64,000 nucleotides of DNA from Candidatus Cloacimonadota bacterium (lineage in GTDB: Bacteria; Cloacimonadota; Cloacimonadia; Cloacimonadales; WRIO01): NCBI GenBank assembly GCA_029564175.1, contig JAKQQL010000110.1, forward strand, positions 56,151 to 120,150, given 5' to 3'. The notes beneath the pieces are model-generated. The model saw only the letters and a list, made by a program, of their open reading frames with translations. It made no database searches and was not told where the DNA came from. A program made the translations under genes and the position numbers. Positions within the stretch are counted from its first letter, which is position 1; each line of letters opens with the position of its first letter. Positions 23,651-33,788 of this stretch are shown here, piece after piece.

Positions 23651-24106
23651 ATGAAAAGATTTGCTATAATAATCATACTGATATCGGTAAGCATATCCAT
23701 TTTTGCGAATTATGAATTACCTGGAAAAACGGGTTTTTATAATCCAAATTTTCAGTTAGGTTCTCTCTTAAATCCTGATAAAATAAAAATGTCTCATTCC
23801 ATGTCTTTTGGTAGTGGGATTTCCAGTAATGGTTCAGGGTTTTATCAGTCTGCTTACACCAATCATATGAAGTTTGATCTGAAAGAAAATTTAAAAATGA
23901 ATATTGATTTAAGTTTTGTCAATCAGGGTACAATGACTCATCAAAATGATTTAAATTTTAAATCAAATAATGATAGCAACAATCTTGTTATTCCTTCTTT
24001 TTCTTTAGAATACCAACCTTTTGAAAATACTAAGCTTTTTTTTGAATACAGGCAATATAACGGCTTACCTTTTCAATCTTCAAGAAAATATGATTATTGG
24101 CGGTAA
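23651..24106 (+). CDS. Exported hypothetical protein (beta-strand rich)
   Basis: Strong RBS, signal peptide MKRFAIIIILISVSISIFA, and alternating strands (FSLEYQPFENTKLFFEY). Confidence 0.75.
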   Translation: MKRFAIIIILISVSISIFANYELPGKTGFYNPNFQLGSLLNPDKIKMSHSMSFGSGISSNGSGFYQSAYTNHMKFDLKENLKMNIDLSFVNQGTMTHQNDLNFKSNNDSNNLVIPSFSLEYQPFENTKLFFEYRQYNGLPFQSSRKYDYWR

Positions 24107-24934
24107 ATGAGTTTGTTTATACAAGAATTAGCTGAAATTTTATCATTTTCATTTATCTTTACTGCCTTAGCCTCGAGAATTCTCGCTGTATTTTTTATTG
24201 CTTTGTTTTTCAGTAGTATTGGTAGTTTTTTGAATGTCTGTATATACAGAGTTCCGTTAAAGTTATCAATCATTAAACCTGATTCATACTGCCCTAAATG
24301 TAAAACACCAATAAAACCATGGCACAATATACCTGTTATATCTTATTTTTTACTCAGAGGCAGATGTTATTATTGTCATGAACGTTTTTCATTTAGGTAT
24401 TGTCTGGTTGAAATTATCACAGCAATGTTAGCAATTGTTTTTTTTATTAAAAATGGATGGGTTCTTGATCTCGTTTTTCTAAAATTCATAATATTTATGT
24501 GTTTTAGTATCATGATCATTTTTATTGATTTAGACCATCATTTGATTTTGGATAAACATAATTATACACTGCTTATTCTTGGTTTTCTCTTTTCACTTGC
24601 AGGCACAATTCCGCTTTGGAATGCAATATCGGGTGCTTTGACTGGATTTATTATTTTTTATTTAATTGCATTATTATACTGGATAAGCCGAAAAGTACAT
24701 GGTTTAGGTGGGGGTGATATTAAATTTATTTCTGCAATTGGTATGTTCACCGGAATATCAGGTGTGCTGTTTACTATATTTTTTTCTTCAATTTTTGCAT
24801 TAATTCTAAATTTCAACAATTTTAAAAAACCAAAAGAGTTAGCTTTCGGACCCTATCTTGCCTTTGCCTCACTTTTTTATTTCTTTTTTGGTGATACACT
24901 AATCCGTTGGTATCTTGATTTTTTTATTACTTGA
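24107..24934 (+). CDS. pilD: Type IV prepilin peptidase (A24)
   Basis: GSFLNVCIYRVP, two CxxC pairs, FIDLDH, GGGDIK and FGPYL. Confidence 0.93.
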   Translation: MSLFIQELAEILSFSFIFTALASRILAVFFIALFFSSIGSFLNVCIYRVPLKLSIIKPDSYCPKCKTPIKPWHNIPVISYFLLRGRCYYCHERFSFRYCLVEIITAMLAIVFFIKNGWVLDLVFLKFIIFMCFSIMIIFIDLDHHLILDKHNYTLLILGFLFSLAGTIPLWNAISGALTGFIIFYLIALLYWISRKVHGLGGGDIKFISAIGMFTGISGVLFTIFFSSIFALILNFNNFKKPKELAFGPYLAFASLFYFFFGDTLIRWYLDFFIT

Positions 24935-24983
24935 AGATCACAATTTCATATGATTTTTTCAAATACTTGATTTCTAATTTAAC

Positions 24984-26156
24984 ATGAAGCCATTTGAAAT
25001 ATTTATTCCACTTACTCCTGGTCTGGAACCTTATACACTGTATGAACTGAAAGAGTTGAATATAACTGTTAAATCTTCTGATAAATCAGGTATAACTGTT
25101 ATTGGACACTGGAATACGCTAATTAAAATCAATTTGTATTTAAAAACAATTTCACGAGTTTATATTCGAATAGCTGATTTTAAAGCAAAAACATTTGCTG
25201 AGTTTAGTGCTAAGTTAAATGCAGTCGATTTTTACCCTTATCTTTATTCAAAAGATCAAAAAAAAAGTGTAGTTTTAAAAGTAAACTCATTCCAATCTGC
25301 ACTGTTTCATGAAAGTGCATTAGAGAATCTAATTTATAAGATTATAAGTCATAAATATGAAAATATCAGAATAACGAAAGATTGTGGAAATAATGCTTCA
25401 GCAAAGGATTCCTGTTACTTAGAAGAAAAAGAAACAGAACAACTGTTTTTGATCAATATCGTCAAAGATAAAGTTCAGATCAGTGCTGATTCTAGTGGTG
25501 ATTTATTGTATAAAAGAGGGTATCAGCAATTCAGGTCTGAAGCACCTCTTAGAGAAAGCATCGCTTCTGCTATGTATCTGGCATGTACTGAAAGAGACTT
25601 TTCCTGCATCATCGATCCTTTTTGTGGTTCAGGTACAATACCGATTGAAATTATGATAAACAGAGCTCATTTTGTGAATCATAAACATAGGCAATTTACT
25701 TTTATGAATTGGTTGGCTTTTGATAAAATGTACTATGAAAAAACTCTACATGAACTAGATAAGATGATTATTCAAAAATTGGCATATGATAATCTTGATA
25801 TTCGTAAAATAACTTGTTATGCTTCTGATATCGATAGAAAATGTATACAGGCTGTTTTACATAATTATCAATTAAGTGGAATGCAAGATGATTTACATAC
25901 TTTAGTCGCGGACTTCTTAGATATAGATTTTAACAAATATCCAAAACAATCTCTGATTATTACGAACCCGCCCTGGGGTAAAAGAATTAAAAGTGAGCAG
26001 TTAAAACGTATCTATCAAAAACTGGAAAGTCTTGCCAAAACTTTTTCTGTTTATTGCTTGTTACCTAATGCAAATTTATCATATTTTAAAAAAAAGAAAG
26101 TATTGTTTAAAACCCGATCAGGAAGTATTGATGTATCCTATATCAAAATTTGTTGA
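24984..26156 (+). CDS. THUMP-domain RNA methyltransferase (RlmL-like)
   Basis: DSSGDLLYKRGY, APLRESIA, DPFCGSGTIPIE and ITNPPWG. Confidence 0.88.
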   Translation: MKPFEIFIPLTPGLEPYTLYELKELNITVKSSDKSGITVIGHWNTLIKINLYLKTISRVYIRIADFKAKTFAEFSAKLNAVDFYPYLYSKDQKKSVVLKVNSFQSALFHESALENLIYKIISHKYENIRITKDCGNNASAKDSCYLEEKETEQLFLINIVKDKVQISADSSGDLLYKRGYQQFRSEAPLRESIASAMYLACTERDFSCIIDPFCGSGTIPIEIMINRAHFVNHKHRQFTFMNWLAFDKMYYEKTLHELDKMIIQKLAYDNLDIRKITCYASDIDRKCIQAVLHNYQLSGMQDDLHTLVADFLDIDFNKYPKQSLIITNPPWGKRIKSEQLKRIYQKLESLAKTFSVYCLLPNANLSYFKKKKVLFKTRSGSIDVSYIKIC

Positions 26157-26197
26157 TCAAATATTAAATGGATGACTTTGTTAGTACTAAATTCATT

Positions 26198-26230
26198 GAA
26201 AAATAAGGCTGTTATTGCTAACAGCCTTAT
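26198..26230 (-). terminator. Intrinsic terminator of the dfx-rbr-rubredoxin operon
   Basis: Perfect 12-bp inverted repeat ATAAGGCTGTTA-ttgc-TAACAGCCTTAT, with a T-run on the minus strand. Confidence 0.8.
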
Positions 26231-26250
26231 AGAATTGAAACTCTAAAGAA

Positions 26251-26391
26251 TTAGTCCATTGGACTAAACATGTCTTTACCAACACCACAAGCTGGGCAAG
26301 TCCAGTCTTCAGGTAAATCGTCAAAAGCAACATTATTGTTTTCAGCTGGGTCATATACCCATCCACATGCGTCACATACGTATTTTTTCAT
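26251..26391 (-). CDS. rub: Rubredoxin (46 aa; not in the ORF track)
   Basis: Manual translation [55 protein letters not shown]. Confidence 0.95.
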   Translation of the reverse strand: MKKYVCDACGWVYDPAENNNVAFDDLPEDWTCPACGVGKDMFSPMD

Positions 26392-26404
26392 GATTTCTCC
26401 TTTG

Positions 26405-26998
26405 TTAATAATTTTCTATATGGATTTCGAAATAACTCTGAGGATGCTGACAAGCAGGACATTTTTCAGGCGCTTCGATATTTTCTGTGATATAACCACA
26501 ATTAAGACATTTCCAGAATACTTTACCATCCTTTTTAAATACTTCATGTTCTTTAACATTTTTAGCAAGCTTACGATAACGGTATTCATGTTTTTCTTCA
26601 ACTTTTGCTATGAGTCTAAAGGCCGTTGCTACATCTTTGTATCCTTCTTTATCCGCCATATCAGCAAATGCAGGATATAATTCAGTCCACTCTTCCTGTT
26701 CTCCATTAGCAGCGTACTCAAGATTTTTAAATGTATCTTCTGATAATGCAACTGGATATCCTGCATCATTTAGGATTATGACTTCCTCGTTCATACCATA
26801 TTCCAGTAATTTTTTGTAGAATACTTTTGCATGTTCTTTTTCATTTTCAGCAGTTTCCATGAAAATATTGGCAATTTGCAGAAATCCTTGTTTTTTAGCT
26901 ACACCAGCATAATAGGTATAACGGGTGCGTGCCTGAGATTCGCCAGCAAATGCTTTCATTAAATTAAGGGCAGTCTGACTGTTTTTAAAATCTGACAT
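26405..26998 (-). CDS. rbr: Rubrerythrin
   Basis: [24 protein letters not shown] and C-terminal [14 protein letters not shown]. Confidence 0.96.
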   Translation of the reverse strand: MSDFKNSQTALNLMKAFAGESQARTRYTYYAGVAKKQGFLQIANIFMETAENEKEHAKVFYKKLLEYGMNEEVIILNDAGYPVALSEDTFKNLEYAANGEQEEWTELYPAFADMADKEGYKDVATAFRLIAKVEEKHEYRYRKLAKNVKEHEVFKKDGKVFWKCLNCGYITENIEAPEKCPACQHPQSYFEIHIENY

Positions 26999-27022
26999 TG
27001 GCTCTCCTTTTTATATTTTTGT

Positions 27023-27403
27023 TTATTTTGCACTCCAAAGCATATGTAAATTACAGAATTCGCGTACTTCAAGTACGTCATCACGTTTTACAGTGAATTC
27101 TGCCTGAGGTTTCATACCAGGCTTTAACTCTTTTCTAATCACTTCATTTTCTGTGAGAATTTCAATAAAGACGATATAATGCTCTTCAGTCATTGGGTGT
27201 TCGACACTGCCGACAGTAACTTTAATACCAGTTGAAGTTTCTTCAATCACTGGTACATGTTTTTCGTTAGCTGCATCTGTTGTGTTGGCTTTAAGTTTTA
27301 TCATTGCTTCACCACAACATACAAGCGCTTCTTGACCTGTACTAACAACTTCTACCAGATTTTTGCAATGCTTACAATAGTATAGTGAACGTAATTCTGT
27401 CAT
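27023..27403 (-). CDS. dfx: Desulfoferrodoxin (superoxide reductase)
   Basis: CKHC..VCCG desulforedoxin domain; EKHVP, HPMTEEHYI and CNLH. Confidence 0.96.
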   Translation of the reverse strand: MTELRSLYYCKHCKNLVEVVSTGQEALVCCGEAMIKLKANTTDAANEKHVPVIEETSTGIKVTVGSVEHPMTEEHYIVFIEILTENEVIRKELKPGMKPQAEFTVKRDDVLEVREFCNLHMLWSAK

Positions 27404-27596
27404 TTTCCCTCCAAATTATGATTTTAATAATATTATAATCCAATCATAGATAAGTGCAAATTATTTTTTAAAATTTTTTGAATAAACTGATCGTATGCCA
27501 ATAAATGAAACTACCGATAAAAGATAAAGCTTGTGCTGTTGAATGAACAATAGAAGAGTAAAGTTATATCAGGAATGAAGAATTTTAAAAAATAGG

Positions 27597-27625
27597 TTGA
27601 CTTTTATTATGATTTGATTTATAAT
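27597..27625 (+). promoter_or_regulatory. Near-consensus sigma70 promoter for the FecR/beta-barrel/cyclase operon
   Basis: TTGACT-N17-TATAAT, then GGAGGAG RBS at 27634-27640. Confidence 0.75.
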
Positions 27626-27643
27626 AGCATCATGGAGGAGTAA

Positions 27644-28759
27644 ATGAAAAATATAATTATTATCTTGATAATAATCATATCAGCTGGATTCTTATTTGCT
27701 AATGAGAATCCTATGGTATTATCTCTTAATGGAACAGGATTTTATAACTCAATTAGAGCTGCTGCTATTGATGTGGACAATCCAAATAATCAACCAATGA
27801 TTTTTAGTGTACATATCAGTAAAAACCCTGGATACACAATTGAAAATGCTTATATGTTTTTTACTTTAAAATGGAATGGAAATCTAATTATCGATCAAAG
27901 TAAATCCCAGTTTAAGGAATATGCTCTCAATATGCTGAATAGTAACTTGCCTGTAAATTTTACAAACAGAGATATTATTAATGAGAATGGCAGTATCTAT
28001 TTAGCAGGTGCTCAACCATCTATTTCATTAAGTGATTTTCTGAATAACAGACATTTTAAATCAGCAATTATGAATACTGGTTTATTTCCAGATGGGACCT
28101 ATGAATTTATTATGGAAGTAAGAAATGGGAATACACCAGGAGCTCAGGTTTTAAGCAATATGGCTACTTACATCATGAATATTCATAATATAAATAATAT
28201 AACTCTTTTATCACCAGGCACCATGGCAGGTCAGACGATTCCTGAAGTATCTCAAAGGCCAGTCATTTTTAACTGGTCTGCAAATGTGAACAATCCGGCA
28301 AATACTTATATCTTTGAAGTCAGAGAATACACTCAAAGTAATACTATGAATATCAATAATCTTGAAAATAGTGGACGAACCTTCTATCAGCAAAGTAACC
28401 TTATTAGCCCACTTTTTACTCAAAATCTGCCTTATGTAGAAGGTAATTATTATGCTTGGCGAGTAAGTATTCCTCTGGTTACAGACCAATCCGAATTCGG
28501 GATGCATCCTGTAATTTCAAGTCAATGGAACATATTTAAATATGTCAGTGCTGCATCGAATATTCCTAATCCTTATCAAGCCCTTATCGACCAGTTACAA
28601 TCATTTCAAAATCCAGTGATTAACCAGATCATTAATCAAGGTTATTTACCAACTGGCCGGTTTTTTTATAATGGTATGAATATACCTGCTTCTCAGGTTC
28701 AGACACTAATACCACAGATTTTAAACTCAAACAATGTTGTAATTGAAATAGTAGATTGA
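27644..28759 (+). CDS. Secreted hypothetical protein with Ig/Fn3-like beta domains
   Basis: Signal peptide; FPDGTYEFIMEV, ITLLSPG, IFNWS and YYAWRV motifs typical of beta-sandwiches. Confidence 0.7.
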   Translation: MKNIIIILIIIISAGFLFANENPMVLSLNGTGFYNSIRAAAIDVDNPNNQPMIFSVHISKNPGYTIENAYMFFTLKWNGNLIIDQSKSQFKEYALNMLNSNLPVNFTNRDIINENGSIYLAGAQPSISLSDFLNNRHFKSAIMNTGLFPDGTYEFIMEVRNGNTPGAQVLSNMATYIMNIHNINNITLLSPGTMAGQTIPEVSQRPVIFNWSANVNNPANTYIFEVREYTQSNTMNINNLENSGRTFYQQSNLISPLFTQNLPYVEGNYYAWRVSIPLVTDQSEFGMHPVISSQWNIFKYVSAASNIPNPYQALIDQLQSFQNPVINQIINQGYLPTGRFFYNGMNIPASQVQTLIPQILNSNNVVIEIVD

Positions 28760-28766
28760 GGTTAGT

Positions 28767-29531
28767 ATGAAAAAGATAAGTTTGCTCACAGTTATTCTAG
28801 TGATGTTTGTAATGCTGAATGCCCAAAGTGTAGCAGTAATAGCTGGAATGAAGGGAAAAATCAGTATTATCAGAGACAATAAATATCTTACAGCTAAATC
28901 AGGTGACGTTCTAAAAAATGCGGATGAGATACAGTCAGGAGAAGAATCCTATGCAGCAATCCGATTTGCTGATAATGGGGCGACAACAAAGCTATTCCCT
29001 AATTCTACAATGGTTATTAATGCCTCAATAGATGGTAAAATCATGAATAAACGAAATTCTATTAGTAAAGGAACAGCACACTCAAAAGTTACTCCAAAAT
29101 CAGGTAATTATATTATCGAAACTCCAAATACTGTGGCGTCTGTTAAAGGGACAGATTTCATTACAACTTATGAAAATAACATAACAACTGTTGGTGTTAT
29201 TGAAGGAGAAGTGGAAGTAAAAAGTAAAAACAGTGATAAAACTCAGGATGCTAAAGCTAATGATGTATATCAGGTTGATGATGATGGTAATGTCGATGAA
29301 CTAGAAGACAGTAATTATATTGAACAAAACACTGAAGATGAAAATCAAGATCAACAAGGTAATCAGGGTGAACAAGGCGACCAGGGACAAAATGAAGGCT
29401 CTCAGCAAGGTAGCGGATCTACAGGAACAGATTATTCTCAACAACCAGGTGGTCCTCAGGAAAAAGTACTGGAAATAGAAATTCAAAAGCCAGATGGAAT
29501 AAAAAAGAAAGTGAGAATCAGATATGAATAG
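28767..29531 (+). CDS. Exported FecR-domain protein with an acidic Q/G-rich linker
   Basis: Signal peptide; IETPNTVASVKGTDF..VGVIEGEVEV FecR signature. Confidence 0.85.
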   Translation: MKKISLLTVILVMFVMLNAQSVAVIAGMKGKISIIRDNKYLTAKSGDVLKNADEIQSGEESYAAIRFADNGATTKLFPNSTMVINASIDGKIMNKRNSISKGTAHSKVTPKSGNYIIETPNTVASVKGTDFITTYENNITTVGVIEGEVEVKSKNSDKTQDAKANDVYQVDDDGNVDELEDSNYIEQNTEDENQDQQGNQGEQGDQGQNEGSQQGSGSTGTDYSQQPGGPQEKVLEIEIQKPDGIKKKVRIRYE

Positions 29532-31878
29532 ATTCATTCTTGCCTTTATTCTGATAATGTTTCTTGTTCCTACTGCTATTCTACATGCTTTAAAAGCAAG
29601 TCATAATCAGATTATTATTTCTAATGAAAATGACAATCAATTGGTTTTGAGTATAGATGAAACTGATTCTGATATTAGTCGAATAGTTCTATATTACAAA
29701 TCAGATAAAGATTTAAACTATAATAGTATAGAATTGTTAACTGAAAATTCTTCTATGAATTCTTTTTCTTTTTTAGTTCAGTCTGCAATTGATGAAGTGA
29801 TTAGAAAAGACAGTCATTTCTTTGAATATTATCTAAAAATAATGAATCAAAATGGGATAGAATTGAGTCTTCCTCAGATTAACCCAGAATTGAATCCTTA
29901 CAAATCTACAATACAAAGAGAAACTTTTGATGATGCCTTTGTACTTATTTCACCTGATGATTTAACCGATTTAGTTGAAGGTCAAAATATAGTTATATCA
30001 TTTTATAATGTAAAAGACCATTTAAACAGAAACAGTGTCAACGTAAAGCTAAATGGTAAAAATATGGGTTCTAATGTAACAATTGACGATGCTCTCCTTA
30101 TCATAAAGCTTCCAGGTGCATCAAAAGAAAATAAACTAAATGTCTCTGCTACCCTTGATAATGGTCAGAAAATTGAATCACCCTCTTGGGATTTTACAAA
30201 GATTAAAAAACCTTCGGCATTTGATTATTATGGAAATCTAACTTTACTTGCAAATTCCAATAATTATTCAAACTATTCTGATTCACTTGGTCTAGAATCT
30301 TCTGATGAACAAGCAGGCATTTTCCAGTTCACAGGTCTCTATAAATGGATGATTTTAAAAAATTATCTGCTCTTCTCATCACTTGAAGATTCTCAATCTC
30401 AAAAGATAAATAAATACTATCTTGGATTTTTAATGCCATATTTTGATCTACATCTGGGAGATTATTCTCCAAACTACTCAGAGTTTACTGTATATAATCG
30501 TTCAGTTGATGGTGTAAGCGCAACCATTAAAACAGAAATGTTTCGTCTAGCGTTAACAAGTGGAAAGATAACAAGAAATGTTAATCCTAAAGACATCAGT
30601 TTAACAGATACTTATAGAGCATTTGACAGAGATCATCTATCAGCAAAAGTCACTTTTGGTAATTCAAATTCTTTTGCATTATCACTTAACATGGCAAAAT
30701 CAAAAGATAAAGTGAATAGTCTAAAAAAAGAAGCGTATGAAATTTCTGATTCAGTTTCTACTGAATATTTAATCCAGGCAAAAGATAACTTTGTGATTGG
30801 ATCAGATCTGCAATGGCATATGTTCTCCCGAAAATTTACTTTATTTGCAGAAGTAGCAATGAGTATTTATAACAGCAATATAATTCCTGGAGTGATGACT
30901 AAGGATTCTTTAGAAAGCTTTATCGATGATGAATCTCCTATTGACCCTGAAGCTTTTGAACCTTTAATTGTCATTAACAAAAATATGGAACCTTTTGGTT
31001 TTGGCTTAAACAACATGGCAATAAAAACCGGTTTTAATTTGAATGTCTTAAAAAATAATCTAACTGTTAGCTATAACCAAACAGGCCCATCATTTTATTC
31101 ACTCAGTTCTACTGGAATCATTCAGGATAAACGAATCATTCGAGTCATGGACAATTTCATCCTATCTAATAATTTCTTTATTTCCGGCGGGTATGAACTG
31201 ACTTCTGACAATACTGTAGATCAGAAAGATTTTACCCTTTCAAACCAGAGCTACTTTGTGAATCTTAATTATTCACCTAATAATTTGCCGTATTTTTCTA
31301 TGAATTTTATTAATAATGCTAACTCAGATGACAGACCTGACTCGCTTTCTACAAGAATTGATACTAATAGTCAATATATGCAGTTTACAACTGGCTATTC
31401 ATATAAATTCCTTCCTTTTGCTTACACAACCAGCAGTATCTCATATGGAATGGGATTCGATCAGGACAATTCTTCTGTAAAACTTTATGATAATAAGAAA
31501 AACGATATTGGACTAAATACAACATTCAGGTTTAATGATTTTCCTTTAACTACTAAAATAGGTTTGAACATTAATACCAGTAATGAAAAATCAACACAAG
31601 ATTTAACTTTAAAATACAATTCATTTTACCTGAATAATGAATATGCTCTTTTTGATAATAAATTAATACCATTCTTAAATTTTAGAACCAATATGAATAG
31701 CGGAGATCAGAATGAAAGTCGTAACCTTCTATTCAGTACAGGTACAAAATATTATCCTTTTAAGAAAACTTGGTTAAGTGCAGACATTTCTTACAAAACA
31801 TATACTGAGGATAATCCCGTATCAGATAAAGATTATAATCTTTTGATTAGTCGTTTCCTTATATCTACTTCATTCTGA
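29524..31878 (+). CDS. Putative outer-membrane beta-barrel with N-terminal Ig-like domains
   Basis: Signal peptide, LHLGDYSPNYSEFT, many amphipathic strands, terminal Phe (LISTSF). Confidence 0.7.
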   Translation: MNRFILAFILIMFLVPTAILHALKASHNQIIISNENDNQLVLSIDETDSDISRIVLYYKSDKDLNYNSIELLTENSSMNSFSFLVQSAIDEVIRKDSHFFEYYLKIMNQNGIELSLPQINPELNPYKSTIQRETFDDAFVLISPDDLTDLVEGQNIVISFYNVKDHLNRNSVNVKLNGKNMGSNVTIDDALLIIKLPGASKENKLNVSATLDNGQKIESPSWDFTKIKKPSAFDYYGNLTLLANSNNYSNYSDSLGLESSDEQAGIFQFTGLYKWMILKNYLLFSSLEDSQSQKINKYYLGFLMPYFDLHLGDYSPNYSEFTVYNRSVDGVSATIKTEMFRLALTSGKITRNVNPKDISLTDTYRAFDRDHLSAKVTFGNSNSFALSLNMAKSKDKVNSLKKEAYEISDSVSTEYLIQAKDNFVIGSDLQWHMFSRKFTLFAEVAMSIYNSNIIPGVMTKDSLESFIDDESPIDPEAFEPLIVINKNMEPFGFGLNNMAIKTGFNLNVLKNNLTVSYNQTGPSFYSLSSTGIIQDKRIIRVMDNFILSNNFFISGGYELTSDNTVDQKDFTLSNQSYFVNLNYSPNNLPYFSMNFINNANSDDRPDSLSTRIDTNSQYMQFTTGYSYKFLPFAYTTSSISYGMGFDQDNSSVKLYDNKKNDIGLNTTFRFNDFPLTTKIGLNINTSNEKSTQDLTLKYNSFYLNNEYALFDNKLIPFLNFRTNMNSGDQNESRNLLFSTGTKYYPFKKTWLSADISYKTYTEDNPVSDKDYNLLISRFLISTSF

Positions 31879-31881
31879 TAA

Positions 31882-33774
31882 ATGAGTATAAAAGGGATTT
31901 TTATTCTTTTATTTGCACTTGTTGCCCTTGTGGTAACAAGTGCGTTTTTTTATACCAGTTATGGGGAACACCTTGAATCAAAAGTATATGATTTATTTTT
32001 AAAACAGAAAAGCAAACAGAATCCTATTTCAAATGACATAATAATTGTCTCTGTAGATGATGAAACCTTTCAGGCTTTTGATATTCAATGGCCATTTCCA
32101 AGAGAGTATCATGCTCACTTGATTAGGAATTTAAAAAAACTGGGAGCTAAACAGATTATCTTCGATATTGAATTTGCTGAATCATATAAAAAACATATAG
32201 ATTCTGATTTAGGTCTTGCAGCTAAAGAACATGGCAATGTTATCTTTGCAGGTAAAATATATCAGTCTGTTCAAAACAATTATTTAATGACAACCATTTT
32301 ACCCCCTGTTGCTGAAATCAGGAATCATAATCAGCAATGGGGCATCGTCAATATGCCTGGAGACAGTGATGGATTTGTGAGAAAATATAATTTGTATCAT
32401 CAGGTGAATCAACAGACATTTTATTCTCTTGCATTAAAAAGCTTTATGAACCTTCACAAAACAAATATCGAACGTCATAAGAACATTCTTATAGTAGGTG
32501 ATCTGAAGATTCCTATTGTACAACAGAATGAAGTCCTTATCAACTACTATGGCACACCAAAATACTTTAAACATATATCTTATTCAAGTGTTATTGATGA
32601 TAGTTCATTTCATCTACCAATTGAAGAATTCTTTGAGATTAATGATTTTTATCATTTGCAAAAGACAAGAGTGTTTCAGGATAAAATTGTTCTGATAGGA
32701 GCAACAGTAGATGAATTAAAAGATAATTTTCATACTCCGGTAAATCCTAAAAATCATCTGATGGCAGGAGTAGAAATACATGCCAATATGTTACAAATGC
32801 TTTTAGATAAACATTTTATCAAAAAAGTATCCTTTACTTGGTATCTTTTTTATTCTGGAATTATTTTAATTTTGTTATCCAATCTGTTTTATAAATTGAA
32901 ACCACATATCAGTTTGATCTTTAGTTTACTGATCATTTTTTTATACGTTTTGATCTCATTTCAGCTTTTCAGTAAAATGAATATCTTTATTCCAATACTT
33001 GTTTTGCCAGTAATGATATTGATTTTATATTTTTGTTATCTGATTTATCACTATCTCATGGAAAATAAAGAAAAAAAAGCAATAAAAAAAACATTTCAAC
33101 ATTATATGGCTCCCGCTCTGGTTAAAGAACTTCTTAAATCTCCCGATAAATTAAAATACGGTGGATCACAGACTGAAATCACAGTGTTATTCTCAGATAT
33201 CAGATCATTTACAACATATACAGAATCACATGATGTCGAAGATACGGTTTCTATGTTAAGAGAATATTTAACTGAAATGGTCAATACTATTATTAACAAC
33301 CAGGGTATTCTGGACAAGTTTGTCGGTGATGAAGTGATGGCACTTTTCAATACACCTGTTCCTATTGAAAATCATGCATTAAAAGCCTGTTATTGTGCAA
33401 TGGAAATGATAGACAGATTGAGGCTATTACAGGATAAATGGAGAAGTGAAGGACGAGAAATTATCAATATTGGAATTGGTATTAATACTGGAATGGCAGT
33501 AGTTGGAAATCTGGGTTCAGAACAAATTTTTGATTACACTGCAATTGGTGATACCGTAAATTTAGGAGCCAGACTGGAAGCTTTAAATAAAAACTATAAT
33601 ACCAAAAACCATATCATAATTAGTGAGTTTACACTTGAAAAAGTGAAAGATTATATTGAATATGAGTATCTGGATGAAGTAATTGTCAAGGGGAAAACAA
33701 AAGCAATAAAGATTTATCAACTCCTCTCGATTAATGATTACGTTTATCTGTATCAAGAAAAAGACAAGAAATAA
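31882..33774 (+). CDS. CHASE2-domain class III adenylyl cyclase
   Basis: CHASE2 (IVSVDDET, WPFPR, FDIEF, GVEIHAN), three TM helices, then FSDIRSFT, DKFVGD and YTAIGDTVNLGARLE. Confidence 0.95.
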   Translation: MSIKGIFILLFALVALVVTSAFFYTSYGEHLESKVYDLFLKQKSKQNPISNDIIIVSVDDETFQAFDIQWPFPREYHAHLIRNLKKLGAKQIIFDIEFAESYKKHIDSDLGLAAKEHGNVIFAGKIYQSVQNNYLMTTILPPVAEIRNHNQQWGIVNMPGDSDGFVRKYNLYHQVNQQTFYSLALKSFMNLHKTNIERHKNILIVGDLKIPIVQQNEVLINYYGTPKYFKHISYSSVIDDSSFHLPIEEFFEINDFYHLQKTRVFQDKIVLIGATVDELKDNFHTPVNPKNHLMAGVEIHANMLQMLLDKHFIKKVSFTWYLFYSGIILILLSNLFYKLKPHISLIFSLLIIFLYVLISFQLFSKMNIFIPILVLPVMILILYFCYLIYHYLMENKEKKAIKKTFQHYMAPALVKELLKSPDKLKYGGSQTEITVLFSDIRSFTTYTESHDVEDTVSMLREYLTEMVNTIINNQGILDKFVGDEVMALFNTPVPIENHALKACYCAMEMIDRLRLLQDKWRSEGREIINIGIGINTGMAVVGNLGSEQIFDYTAIGDTVNLGARLEALNKNYNTKNHIIISEFTLEKVKDYIEYEYLDEVIVKGKTKAIKIYQLLSINDYVYLYQEKDKK

Positions 33775-33788
33775 ATACGAGGTTTTTT

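Noticed and set aside
26193..26680. ORFs 26193-26375 (-) and 26270-26680 (+)
   Set aside because: They are alternative frames over the real rubredoxin and rubrerythrin genes.
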